A stretch of 38,709 bases of DNA, from the UHGV virus genome UHGV-0262620; one strand, given 5' to 3'. This stretch comes from a virus. Positions 17,301 to 26,210 of the stretch are shown piece after piece. Under the pieces are notes generated by a model, which was not told where the DNA came from, did not search any database, and worked only from the letters and a program-made list of their open reading frames with translations. The position numbers and the translations under genes were made by a program. Numbering within the stretch: the stretch's first letter is position 1; each line of letters opens with the position of its first letter.

Positions 17301-18266
17301 ACCAGCATCGGCAGACCATGCGTCCATCTCGTAGTTGTCATTCGCCATCTTAATGAGGGCGTCCAGATTCTCAGGAGAGCCTCCAGTGACTACGTTGATG
17401 TACGCGGGGTTCTTCACCTCCTTACGGATTCTCTCTAGCTCTTCTGGAGTCCAAGTGTGGCTATTCCAACGGGTAGGCGTAATGGTGTCCTTGAACAAAT
17501 CAAAACCATCGTCGCTACGGGCTGCACGGAAAGCAACTCCAAGTACAGAGTTGTGAAGCTCCGCACTTGTTGCATCTCCAATTCCAAAGAAGGTAGAGCG
17601 TGAGTTAAACTCGTCCAGTGTTGTTCCAGTCTTTTCCCAAAAGTCCTTAGCATAAGGCACGTTAGGTGCTTTCTGCTCCTTACCCTCCACTTTGAATCCA
17701 GTTGACTCCGGCAGGTCAGTGCCTACCGTCTGCTTCTTCCCGATTCCAGCAAATGCATCCCCAGATGGAATGCCCTTAGCCTTTGGGGTGATACCGCCGA
17801 ACGCCTCCAAGTCCCCCTTGCGAGGACTGTTAGCTACGTCCATCAGGTTGCGCATATAGTTACGACCTTCCTCAGAGATTGAGGCCCAATCACCTTTGTC
17901 GTAGGCCTGCATCTGAGGGGCACCATTTCTGCCCTCGCCTTGGTTGTACGCTAGGGCTACCTTAAGCTCATCCCCATCGTATTTACGAATGAGGTCACTC
18001 AGGTGACGAGCGGCTGCATCCACAGCCAACTCAGGGTTGTAACGGTCATCATCGTCTGCATCAGTGACCTTGAGTCCCAGCGCAGTGGCTGTACCCTTGG
18101 TGAACTGCATGAGACCCTTCGGGCCAGTTGGAGATTTGGCCTTTGGATTGAAGCTGGATTCGTTGAATGCCAATTTACGAAGCAGGTCATAGGAGACCCC
18201 ATGTTTGTCTGCCGCTTTTTGAAATAACCCGTCGAACTCGCTAGGTTTGTTCTTATCGTAGCTCAT
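14304..18266 (-). CDS. 16: Internal virion protein D (gene 16) with N-terminal lytic transglycosylase domain
   Basis: 1320 aa (1318 in T7). SLT motifs ES...GLMQF near the N-terminus. Confidence 0.95.
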   Translation of the reverse strand: MSYDKNKPSEFDGLFQKAADKHGVSYDLLRKLAFNESSFNPKAKSPTGPKGLMQFTKGTATALGLKVTDADDDDRYNPELAVDAAARHLSDLIRKYDGDELKVALAYNQGEGRNGAPQMQAYDKGDWASISEEGRNYMRNLMDVANSPRKGDLEAFGGITPKAKGIPSGDAFAGIGKKQTVGTDLPESTGFKVEGKEQKAPNVPYAKDFWEKTGTTLDEFNSRSTFFGIGDATSAELHNSVLGVAFRAARSDDGFDLFKDTITPTRWNSHTWTPEELERIRKEVKNPAYINVVTGGSPENLDALIKMANDNYEMDAWSADAGVGAKLTAGIVGAGVDPLSYVPLVGVAGKGLKVVNKAFIVGTQSAGLAVASEGLRTSIAGGEAHYADAALGGLMFGAGMSAISDAIAAGIRRSRGTEVVNDFAPMAHRLEARETALNSGGEDLTRMPSENRVFDREHAGVEYSPLETEPGAVVLPQGQILSDTNPLNPQTLSEFEAVNPERAARGISLGGFTEIGLKTLRSENPTVRSIASDLVRSPTGMESGSNGKFGATASDIKERLHANNQRTYNQLYDAVRTAMKDPEFSTGGATMSRKEIRQEIYKRAALAIERPELQANLTKGERNVMNILKQHFDLKREIMENPSIFGNTKAVSIFPGSRHKGTYVPNVYDRAIKIEMVKRYGNDGLQRAIAESWLTSYRARPEVKARVDEYLMELNGLKSVQEVTPEMVQKHAMDKAYGISHTDQFSASSVIEDNIEGLVGIENNNFLEARNMFDSDMVVTLPDGNTFSVNDLRTYDMAEILPAYDRRVDGDVAIMGGSGKTTKDLKDEIMALDKQSEGNGTLKGEVEALKDTVKILTGRARRNPEGAWGTALRSVNDLTFFAKNAYMGAQNVTEIAGMLSKGNVSAITHGIPMINDWVNRGKPLRASEIKEIHGMVFGKELDQLIRPGREDHVRRLRESTDTSAAVANVVGTIRFGTQELAARSPWTMLLNGTSNYILDAARQGVLGDVAGAALAGKASKFGKANYLKSASISPEQWNGIKQLFRDHATRGEDGKFTIRDKQAFANDPRSMDLWRLADKVADETILRPHKVSSQDSKAFGAGVKMVMQFKNFVIKSLNSRFVRSFYEATKNNRALDQALTHIISLGLAGGYYVAQAHLKAASLQEHKRKEYLKNALDPKMIAHASISRSSHLGSPLSIYDMFAGMVGSDTYKYTRSTVLPKESEKRDPNKAVTGRQVASTIAGAIGEQVPGLGFVGSVGATAINAASLLSSPNKATALEFRTGLFNTSRELIPNDPLSQQLIMKIYEANGIRIKEMPKKQ

Positions 18267-18284
18267 GGAGCCTCCTTATCACTG

Positions 18285-20528
18285 TTAGTCTTCTTTACGT
18301 CCATAGATGTACTTCGGAGTCTTCTTCCGTTTCTCTTGGACACGTTTACGCGCTTCTTCACGCGCCTGTGGTACACGGCTGATTGGGGCACGCTTGTTGG
18401 CCTCTTTGAGGGCTTTCTCTCGTGCTGCCTCAGCTTGCATCTGTGCGGTACGCTGGTACTCACGCTGGAGCAACTCTTGGTCATACCGAATGCGAACCTG
18501 TCCGGTTGTGTCCATCAGGTAGATTGAATCACCTTGCTGGTACACCGACAGTTGCTTGTTGGTAATCCAAGGGTTCGCCGCTGTGATTCCCTTAATGGCT
18601 TCGTCCAGAATGTTCTTCCCCTGCTCCCACGACTTAGGGTCATCCGAAACAGTAAGGATGTTCTTCGGTAGGACGCCGTAGGTATCACCCTCAACATCGC
18701 TACTGGAGAACGTGGTCGTCGAATCGGAGAGGAACTTTGCGACCTGTTCGGTTGCCATGTCAGGGTTCCCTGTCCGGTACTTCACGGAATCATAAATCTT
18801 CCGGGCATACCCTTGGACACTCGAAGGCATATACTTGATTTGCGGATTCGTTGAATCGTTCATCATAGCAGCCCACGCTCGGTCATCCTCAAACTGCATC
18901 TCCTTGGTCTTCTGTGCGCGGGCCTTATCAGCGTCGATAAGAACCTGCGTGTCGATACCTTGGTTATCCAACATGTCCATCGTCAGGAACAACTCGGCCT
19001 TGTCAGGATACAGAGAGGCAATCAGGTCAGGGTCAGTGTTGCGGATGCGACGAAGGTTGTCTATCGCTGGTGTGCTCTCAGGCATCTTACCGTTAATCAC
19101 CGCAGCCTGCCATTCGTTTCCAGCATCAGTAATCATCTCACCAAACGCTGCACGGAAAGCACCCTCCTTGGAGTCTGCCCGTAGGTAGTCCAATTTCAGT
19201 TTGTCTTTCTGTTCAGGTGTTAAGTCCATCGCTTCGATTTCCGCTAACTTCTGGTTCGCGTAGTTGACCATATCGCTATGTGTAAACTCGCCAGTGTTCT
19301 CGTTGGTCGGCATGTCCTTATAGTTTGTCGAGACATATTCACCGTTGAGGCGCTTCTGGAACTGCTTGTCGATGACCAAAGATTTATTCAAGGTCTTCTG
19401 TTGCTTGTCCATCAGCTTGGCTGTCTCAGCCTGTTCCTGCTTGAAGCGTGTGCGCATCTGTTCCTGTGCGGCAATCAACCACTCACGCTCAGGAGTCATC
19501 TCTTCACCCGGCTGAATCTTATCGAGTTCGGCCTTGATGCCTTGAAGAGTCTCCCAGCCTTTACCAGTGTCCGCTTGGTTAAGCGCTGAGTTAATATCCA
19601 GTCGGAACTTCTCTGTTAACTTCGCGTTGTTCTGGAATTGAGTGTGCTGTGCCTTAATCATAATGGCCTGCCACTGTTCATCACCCATCAGTTCACGATA
19701 GGTGGTCGTAGCGCCATTAAGAGTAACCTTGCGGTTCTCAATGTTCTGCAAGAAGGCGGCACCACCCGGACGCTGTAGCACGTCATTCAAGGACGAAGAG
19801 ATAACCTGTTGAGCCTGATTGTCGGTCATCCCTGTCACCAAGGAGTTGTCAATGTAGTTCTGGAAGAACTCACCGGACTCGGGACGAGACAGTAGGTCAG
19901 GGTCAGACAGGACGCCATTGAGTTCAACCTTCGAGTTCAGGATTGCACCCTTCTGCGCTTGGTCACTCAGGAAGGTATCATGTGCCCCATACAGAGCAAT
20001 GTTACGCTCGGTGATATTCGCATTGAAACCCTTCTGGTATTCCTCGTCCATCTCATTGATACCGAACTGCTCAGCGAACGACTTCGAGTGCTCCTGTAGT
20101 CGTGAGTGACGATACTGCTCCATCTCTTCACGAGTACGGAAGCGACCCTCTTTGATGGCCTGTTGAACCTCATCGTCAACGAGGAACGCAGCGTTACGCC
20201 CGGTCTTGAACTTCAAGGCTTGCATTGCGTATGGGTCATCCTGATACAGCAGTGTACCATTCTGGATAGCCTGTCGGCGCTGCTCAGGGGTCAGCTTACG
20301 GATAATCTCGTTGGAGCGCTCATCGGCTCGTTGCTTATCACGTTCCTCTTTCGCCATGTACATATCGGCACCAGCCTTAGCGAATCGACTAATGGAGTCC
20401 AGAAGACTCGCTCTTGGTTGTTCAGCCTGAATGGTTGCTGCCCGGTAGTCCATACCTTTGACGCCCCGGAGTCGTTCCATACCGGGAGTCGCCATGTTGC
20501 CTAAAACACTATTTAGTTTACTAGCCAT
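18285..20528 (-). CDS. 15: Internal virion protein C (gene 15)
   Basis: 747 aa, identical in length and position to T7 gp15. Confidence 0.9.
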   Translation of the reverse strand: MASKLNSVLGNMATPGMERLRGVKGMDYRAATIQAEQPRASLLDSISRFAKAGADMYMAKEERDKQRADERSNEIIRKLTPEQRRQAIQNGTLLYQDDPYAMQALKFKTGRNAAFLVDDEVQQAIKEGRFRTREEMEQYRHSRLQEHSKSFAEQFGINEMDEEYQKGFNANITERNIALYGAHDTFLSDQAQKGAILNSKVELNGVLSDPDLLSRPESGEFFQNYIDNSLVTGMTDNQAQQVISSSLNDVLQRPGGAAFLQNIENRKVTLNGATTTYRELMGDEQWQAIMIKAQHTQFQNNAKLTEKFRLDINSALNQADTGKGWETLQGIKAELDKIQPGEEMTPEREWLIAAQEQMRTRFKQEQAETAKLMDKQQKTLNKSLVIDKQFQKRLNGEYVSTNYKDMPTNENTGEFTHSDMVNYANQKLAEIEAMDLTPEQKDKLKLDYLRADSKEGAFRAAFGEMITDAGNEWQAAVINGKMPESTPAIDNLRRIRNTDPDLIASLYPDKAELFLTMDMLDNQGIDTQVLIDADKARAQKTKEMQFEDDRAWAAMMNDSTNPQIKYMPSSVQGYARKIYDSVKYRTGNPDMATEQVAKFLSDSTTTFSSSDVEGDTYGVLPKNILTVSDDPKSWEQGKNILDEAIKGITAANPWITNKQLSVYQQGDSIYLMDTTGQVRIRYDQELLQREYQRTAQMQAEAAREKALKEANKRAPISRVPQAREEARKRVQEKRKKTPKYIYGRKED

Positions 20529-20530
20529 TA

Positions 20531-21124
20531 TTACCTCCCGGTCTTGGTTCCTTTGGCGGCACTGATAGGTGCTGCTTGGTTTCCACCCTTCTTGTCAAAT
20601 CCACCAGCCGCATATTGACTTGCAGCTTCCTGACCCATAATGGACAGAGGGTCTAGTACACGCATCAGACCAGACTTACCTTTGGCCTCGCTCTTGTACA
20701 TTGCATCGACTTGACTTGCTGTGGACTGAGTGCGTCCCAACTGTTGCGCAAAGATACTCGCGTAGTCTCGGCGGTAATTCTCGGTGACACTATTTGCCTC
20801 CCGAATGTAGTTGCCCTCTTCGATACGCTTGATGCGCTTCATGGACTCACCTTCGAGCATACCCTCGCCAATAGCTGCACGGATGGTTCCCATAGCCTGT
20901 ACCTTCTGCATGTTACGTGTAGTCAACTCAGAGGATGCAGCTTCAAGGGCGTCCCGTTGTTCCAGCGAGGCGTTGGCATTTTGGATATTCATCTCTTTGA
21001 CCGTCTCCATTGCCTGTCTGCGTCCAGCTTCTGTCTGTGCCACTCGCGCCTTGTCAGCACTGTTCTGGCTACTTAGAGCTTGGGCACCCATCATGGCAAT
21101 AGGAATCGCTGCCATCCAGCACAT
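20531..21124 (-). CDS. 14: Internal virion protein B (gene 14)
   Basis: 197 aa, in the position and of the size of T7 gp14. Confidence 0.85.
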   Translation of the reverse strand: MCWMAAIPIAMMGAQALSSQNSADKARVAQTEAGRRQAMETVKEMNIQNANASLEQRDALEAASSELTTRNMQKVQAMGTIRAAIGEGMLEGESMKRIKRIEEGNYIREANSVTENYRRDYASIFAQQLGRTQSTASQVDAMYKSEAKGKSGLMRVLDPLSIMGQEAASQYAAGGFDKKGGNQAAPISAAKGTKTGR

Positions 21125-21126
21125 AG

Positions 21127-21537
21127 TTACCTCCTACTGATAGTGAATAATTGGAATTGACCATCAGCGGTAAACTCATTATGGAATACCGCGCCTATGG
21201 TCTTTAGGAAACGAATGTGTGACTTATTACCTACCCAAACGAAATTCCAAATGGACTCGTACTGGCTCAGCATCATATCACGATATTCAATGATAAGTCT
21301 ACGAAACTCTAAGCGCTCCTTCAAGGTAAACAGTGGGACGTACTTAGAGGTAAGGAACCACACTCGGTCTCCCTGATTGCCACCGATTGCCAATACAGCG
21401 TTATCGCTAAGCATTGCCACAGTGTTCTCATCAGGAATTACTTTAGGTTCGACACCCAATGCCTCAGCTTCCAGAATGTCCTCTATGGACGGCTGAAAGT
21501 TGTCAGCGTGGACTTGTAAACACTTTGTAATATACAT
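21127..21537 (-). CDS. 13: Internal virion protein A (gene 13)
   Basis: 136 aa, in the position and of the size of T7 gp13. Confidence 0.8.
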   Translation of the reverse strand: MYITKCLQVHADNFQPSIEDILEAEALGVEPKVIPDENTVAMLSDNAVLAIGGNQGDRVWFLTSKYVPLFTLKERLEFRRLIIEYRDMMLSQYESIWNFVWVGNKSHIRFLKTIGAVFHNEFTADGQFQLFTISRR

Positions 21538-21568
21538 AATGCTTTAACCCCCCTCGTATCTATTAGTG

Positions 21569-21593
21569 TCTCCCTTTAGTGAGGGTTAATTCA
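21569..21593 (-). promoter_or_regulatory. T3-type promoter phi13
   Basis: gtctccctttagtgagggttaattc. Confidence 0.8.
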
Positions 21594-21611
21594 CCGCAGG
21601 GAGACTTTAAG

Positions 21612-24017
21612 TTAAATGCCAGAAGAACGACGAAGGTAGTTCCCCTCCCAGCCGCACCCAATGATGTTCAGTGGTGTTGATGCATCTGACTCGATAGTTA
21701 CTATGTTCGCCTGAGCATTTCCAACAACCGGGAAGCGGTACTGCCCTGTGCCAATGTTCGACCTGCCAACACGCAGATTGTCAGAACCCAAGCGAGCACC
21801 AGCCATTGTGTAGATGAACTCACGTGACAGGTTGTTCACACGGATGGTGAACGCTCCAGAGTCCTCATAGTTTACCCACGCACGCCGAAGCTGTAAGCGA
21901 CCGATATCCTCAGTAGCCGTCGAGCCGTCCTCAGCGGTCTTCTTGATGAGGAACTTCGAGAATGTATACGTGAATGGTATGTTGAACCCAATGTAGACTA
22001 CCTGTCCCTCTTGGTTCCCATCAAGTCTCAGTATTGGGTCGCTACTCCACCCGTTGATTGGCTGGTCTATCTCTACAATCTTCCCATCAGGAAAGACCAC
22101 CGAAACCCTACCCTTCGTGAAGTTCATCCCGTAAATCGTTGAGAGACTTATGGACGTCTGGTAGGTATCATCATTGTATGTCCCAGCAGGGATGGTGTAC
22201 TTCCTCTTGGCGTCGATATACAACCTGTAAGGTTCTCCCGGAAGGTCTATGGAGTCCTTCGTGAAGTGTAAGCGCCCCATCCACACAGCATGTTCGTTGC
22301 TCATCAATACTGTCATTGTTGAGTTTATGACCTGTGCTGCGAACACCGTAACGTTGTCCCCAAAGTCCCAATGAGACCACGACTGCTGCCTGATTTCCTC
22401 GTCAATGTAGAGGAACTTGTAGATATACACTCGGTTAGGTGCCCCGCTCGTAAGGATAGCCGCGAAGTTCTCAGCAGTTGTGCCTGAGATACTAAATACC
22501 CCATTAGGTATGTAGTTCGGGACGTGAGCCGTCATGTCCTCTGCGTTCTTCACAGAGCTTACATCCTGTACCGCATAGTATCGGTTAATGGATGTGAAGG
22601 AAGCGCGAGGTGACGCAAAGTATACATTACGTCCTACACCATGTGGGCGTGCCCTGTCTTGCACGTCGAACTGAGTCGTAAGGTTCAACTCTACGGAGCG
22701 ACTCGAAAGGATGCCAGAGGCTGTCAGAACGAACTGCGCTTGGTCAGACCACAGGAGCAACTCTTCGGAGAACGGAACGGCATACTTCAAGGTTGACACC
22801 CGGTTGTGACTAACCGCAACGTCGATTGGGTCATCGTCGGAGTAGTTTGACACGGAGGCCGGGAAGAAGTTGAAGTATTTCGAGGTGCGAGACAAGATGA
22901 TGTTCTCCCCACTAAGGAAACCTAAACGGTTACGGAAGAAGAAAATATCGTTGATTGTCTGTCCGGTAAAGGAAGGGTATGGGTTGGTTGTGTCATCACC
23001 CACAGTACGAGCACCCCACTCAAGGTACTTGAAGTCAAAGTTCCCATCAGAAGCACGTACCAGCGCCCAAGGCATCGTGTGGTAATGTAGGTGAGTCCTT
23101 GTGTTCCAGCCGATTGTTTCTACCCATACCTTACGGTTGAGGTCGAACCTAACGTAATACTGGTCGGCAGTCTTTGAGGTGTCGCCTACAAGCTTCACAA
23201 TGTACCCATCTGGCGCGTTAATGGGCAGCTTCTGGAACGACTGAGTGTAATGGGTTACAGGGTTGATTAGCTGGTCTGCGTAACCATCCTTAGTCTGTAG
23301 TCCCCAAACGTTATCGTTATTTGGCGCAATGATATGAATGAATCCGGGGCCAACGTTGAAGCGCCACTTATTCGGGTCTTGCTCGTTGTTTGGATTCCCA
23401 AGGTTGTTCCTCAACTGCGCCGCCAGCTTCTCAGCGATAGCCTGACCGTCCACCTCGTTAACGTGTGCTGGTTGTGAACCATCTGGTAGTTGAACAGCAG
23501 CACGCTCAGCCCCGTTGAACTCGATTGAGAGTCTACGCCCATATTGCCCACCACGAACATTAATCAGCGCATCACCTTGGTCTTTAAAGCCCGGACGGTT
23601 GACCGATTGGTCGTTACTCTGCACAACCACCTTGCGGTTAGTCACAAAGGTGTAGTCAGCCACCGTTACCATCCGAAGGTCTTCCCGTGGGTTAGCTGTG
23701 CGCACATAAGAGCGGTCTCCGCGTACTTGGTACTCCTTACCGTCGAGGTCGAATACCTTAATGTCTTCACCAGTGAACACAACGAAATACTGCTCGAACT
23801 CATCACGGTTGATAAGATGCACGTAAGGTTGCGCACCCACATACCCAGCAGGGCCAAGGGTCTTAAGGTGAATCATCGGTGGGCGCTTCTGGAGACCCTC
23901 GGACTCAGAAGACCAACCGTTAATCTGTACGCTACCTTGTTCAGCGAACCGGAGAATATCTGGCTGTTGGCTGATACCATCCTTGAGGTTTTTGATTGAT
24001 TGGCTAATGAGAGCCAT
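21612..24017 (-). CDS. 12: Tail tubular protein B (gene 12)
   Basis: 801 aa, in the gp12 position and of gp12 size. Confidence 0.92.
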   Translation of the reverse strand: MALISQSIKNLKDGISQQPDILRFAEQGSVQINGWSSESEGLQKRPPMIHLKTLGPAGYVGAQPYVHLINRDEFEQYFVVFTGEDIKVFDLDGKEYQVRGDRSYVRTANPREDLRMVTVADYTFVTNRKVVVQSNDQSVNRPGFKDQGDALINVRGGQYGRRLSIEFNGAERAAVQLPDGSQPAHVNEVDGQAIAEKLAAQLRNNLGNPNNEQDPNKWRFNVGPGFIHIIAPNNDNVWGLQTKDGYADQLINPVTHYTQSFQKLPINAPDGYIVKLVGDTSKTADQYYVRFDLNRKVWVETIGWNTRTHLHYHTMPWALVRASDGNFDFKYLEWGARTVGDDTTNPYPSFTGQTINDIFFFRNRLGFLSGENIILSRTSKYFNFFPASVSNYSDDDPIDVAVSHNRVSTLKYAVPFSEELLLWSDQAQFVLTASGILSSRSVELNLTTQFDVQDRARPHGVGRNVYFASPRASFTSINRYYAVQDVSSVKNAEDMTAHVPNYIPNGVFSISGTTAENFAAILTSGAPNRVYIYKFLYIDEEIRQQSWSHWDFGDNVTVFAAQVINSTMTVLMSNEHAVWMGRLHFTKDSIDLPGEPYRLYIDAKRKYTIPAGTYNDDTYQTSISLSTIYGMNFTKGRVSVVFPDGKIVEIDQPINGWSSDPILRLDGNQEGQVVYIGFNIPFTYTFSKFLIKKTAEDGSTATEDIGRLQLRRAWVNYEDSGAFTIRVNNLSREFIYTMAGARLGSDNLRVGRSNIGTGQYRFPVVGNAQANIVTIESDASTPLNIIGCGWEGNYLRRSSGI

Positions 24018-24032
24018 AGAGCCTCCTTATGA

Positions 24033-24623
24033 TTAGCGGTTAAGTAGACCAGAGGTGAATGCGTCACCGTCCAGCATGTTGTAGTTGCCGTAGTCTAGTT
24101 CGTACTCGAAGCACGCACGCCACGCTTCCTGCTCTTCTTCCTGCAACACTCCGTCTACCTCCGGCGCACCGAAGAAGCGGTTGTTGAACTGGCGCGAAGC
24201 CTTGGTGACGATGTAGTTACGGAAGCACTCTGGCATCTCGTCGAACTCTCTCAGACGAATCAGGTTGACCTGAACACCAGAAGGGAATCTGTCGGTCTTC
24301 GCAGAGCGGTCATAGAGATAGCCACCACGGTTGATATATTGGGTCTGACCGCTGGTTGCCATTACGGACAGGTAGTCAGAGCTAAATGGAATCATACCAG
24401 AGAACGCATCCGGTAGAAGGGTCACACCTTCCTCAATATTGAATGTCCATCCTCGTGATTGAATCTGTCGGTTAATCTTATTGAGCACACGTCGAGCATT
24501 CGCAACGTCAGCATTCGCATCACCCTCAAGGGTTGATACTGGTGGCTCACCGATGGAAGCCAGAATGTCGTTGACGGCTGATAGCTCTTCTGCGGTCTCA
24601 ATGTTCATCTCATAAGAGCGCAT
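24033..24623 (-). CDS. 11: Tail tubular protein A (gene 11)
   Basis: 196 aa. [66 protein letters not shown] is nearly identical to T7 gp11. Confidence 0.95.
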   Translation of the reverse strand: MRSYEMNIETAEELSAVNDILASIGEPPVSTLEGDANADVANARRVLNKINRQIQSRGWTFNIEEGVTLLPDAFSGMIPFSSDYLSVMATSGQTQYINRGGYLYDRSAKTDRFPSGVQVNLIRLREFDEMPECFRNYIVTKASRQFNNRFFGAPEVDGVLQEEEQEAWRACFEYELDYGNYNMLDGDAFTSGLLNR

Positions 24624-24632
24624 GGTGTTACC

Positions 24633-24658
24633 TCCTGTTAGTGAGGGTTTAAAGCAAA
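24633..24658 (-). promoter_or_regulatory. T3-promoter-like element immediately upstream of gene 11 (TTTAAACCCTCACTAACAGGAGG), overlapping the T-phi U-tract and providing the gene 11 SD
   Basis: Positions -13 to -2 are identical to the T3 consensus. The AACAGGAG initiation region is the same class as the phi1.3 and phi1.5 elements here. Confidence 0.5.
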
Positions 24659-24700
24659 AAACCCCTCAGATACCCTCAGAGGGCACCCAAGGGGTTCATA
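24652..24700 (-). terminator. Late terminator T-phi (rho-independent hairpin plus U6)
   Basis: Minus strand AACCCCTTGGGTGCCCTCTGAGGGTATCTGAGGGGTTTTTTG. This is the T7 T-phi-like CCCCTTGGG...GAGGGGTTTTTTG architecture downstream of gene 10. Confidence 0.85.
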
Positions 24701-24732
24701 AAGTAATGAAGGAAAGTAAATCCCCGGTAAAG

Positions 24733-26051
24733 ACCTTAGCCTTCTACGGGAGGCTCTACTGCTTTCACAGTGACCTTGCAGACGGCCGTCAGGCCATTCA
24801 CAGTAGTAGCAGTGATGTCAGCGGAGCCAGCGCCCACAGCAGTTACAGTACCAGAGGCATCGATCGTAGCAATCTTCGCACCGGAAGACGTAAAGGTCAC
24901 TGTCTGTACTGCATCAGCCGGAGTTACCGTAGCAGTCAGGGCTTTAGAAGCCCCAACGACTAAGCTCATAGTCTTCTGACTAAGAGTAACTCCAGTGGGG
25001 TCGGGAATTACTCCGACCCCTTTGGGAGAACGATAGCGCCAGCAGCTTCTGGACGCAGACCGCCGTGACCCATCGCGTACTTAGCGATAATCTGGTCAGC
25101 CTGATAGTTCGCACGACGAGCGCGCTCCAGAGCCAAGTCTTTCAGCTTGACCGTACCAACCGCAGAGCGGTGCTGGAACAGGCCCACAACGTTATCCAGA
25201 GCAACCTTAACGGTAGTGCTGGAAGTCGCCGGGAAAGCGTGCTTCTGGTCAGCCGGGGAATCCTCACGGGTATCACCAGCGCCACCAGCGGTCAGGTGCG
25301 GAACCTCAACCACTTCGAAGCCCATCACGTTACGGATAGTACCACGCTCAGGGTCAATCAGTGCCTGATAGTTTGCAGCGTTCGGCATCAGAGCGGCCAG
25401 AATCGCAGAGTAGTTATCAGGAGTGGTGTAGAAGGTGCGGTCAGCAGCCGGAACGTAGTTCTTGGTCAGAGATGCACGAGCGATAGTCAACTGAGCGATA
25501 ATCGCTTTACCCAGCTCAACCGGGTCAGTCAGGCCGCCAGTGGTCGGCTTAACCAGAGTCAGTACGGTAGGCTTACCGAGACCCTCGATGTTCTCATTGG
25601 ATGCGTCCGGCAGGTTAACCAGACCAGCCAGTTCAGCCAGTACAGCACCGTCAGCCGCCATCGCCAGAGATTCACCCAACTGAGCGGTGTACTCGGCGCG
25701 AACGTCGTAGTGGTTCATTGCGTCCTCAATGTCGTAAATCAGAACGTCCGCAGTCAGCAGGCCATCAATGTGGATTACCTTCTCGGTGTGTTTGATATCC
25801 TTACGTTTGTCATCGAGGTTCTCACCCGGTTTCAGGTAAGCGGCTTTGGTGCGACCAATCACAGGGAACTGTGCGGACTTACCGGAAGCAATAGAGCGCA
25901 GCATGTGACGAGGCATGGTCACGGAGGTGCGAGCGAAAGCAGTCAGGACTTCACCGCCGAACACTTTCAGGAACAGCGCCAATTTGTCCGCTGCGGACTG
26001 ACCCTTACCCTGATTAGTACCAATTTGCTGTCCGCCTTGAATGTTAGCCAT
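24733..26051 (-). CDS. 10B: Minor capsid protein 10B: 10A residues 1 to about 342, then a -1 frameshift at about 25020-25026 (CCCAAAG), then a roughly 96-aa extension containing an Ig-like (BIG2-type) domain
   Basis: The -1 frame is open from the slippery heptamer C CCA AAG (7 codons before the 10A stop) down to 24733. The extension is TLSQKTMSLVVGASKALTATVTPADAVQTVTFTSSGAKIATIDASGTVTAVGAGSADITATTVNGLTAVCKVTVKA. Confidence 0.7.
25008..26051 (-). CDS. 10A: Major capsid protein 10A
   Basis: 347 aa, the T3 10A length. Downstream of phi10 and upstream of T-phi. Confidence 0.97.
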   Translation of the reverse strand: MANIQGGQQIGTNQGKGQSAADKLALFLKVFGGEVLTAFARTSVTMPRHMLRSIASGKSAQFPVIGRTKAAYLKPGENLDDKRKDIKHTEKVIHIDGLLTADVLIYDIEDAMNHYDVRAEYTAQLGESLAMAADGAVLAELAGLVNLPDASNENIEGLGKPTVLTLVKPTTGGLTDPVELGKAIIAQLTIARASLTKNYVPAADRTFYTTPDNYSAILAALMPNAANYQALIDPERGTIRNVMGFEVVEVPHLTAGGAGDTREDSPADQKHAFPATSSTTVKVALDNVVGLFQHRSAVGTVKLKDLALERARRANYQADQIIAKYAMGHGGLRPEAAGAIVLPKGSE

Positions 26052-26185
26052 GTTGAATCTCCTTATGTTAATTTAAAGAAAAAGTTTGGTTACTACTTGA
26101 ATCGAGTTGGTTCTCAATGTTTCACCTACGGGAGCGACCACAAAGTTCTGTGCTCAGGTGATTCAACCATTGTAGTCATCTATGG

Positions 26186-26210
26186 TCTCTCCCTTTAGTG
26201 AGGGTTAATT
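26186..26210 (-). promoter_or_regulatory. T3-type promoter phi10
   Basis: ggtctctccctttagtgagggttaattag. Confidence 0.85.

Noticed and set aside
18263-18484. 73-aa minus-strand ORF overlapping the end of gene 15 and the start of gene 16
   Set aside because: It is in an alternative frame inside gene 15, has no SD, and is Arg/Lys/Ser-rich low-complexity sequence. It is likely a chance frame.
25065-26198. 377-aa ORF on the plus strand
   Set aside because: It is exactly antisense to the major capsid gene. It is a shadow frame in a high-GC, codon-biased region, has no SD, and would be the only plus-strand gene in a strictly unidirectional T7-type genome.
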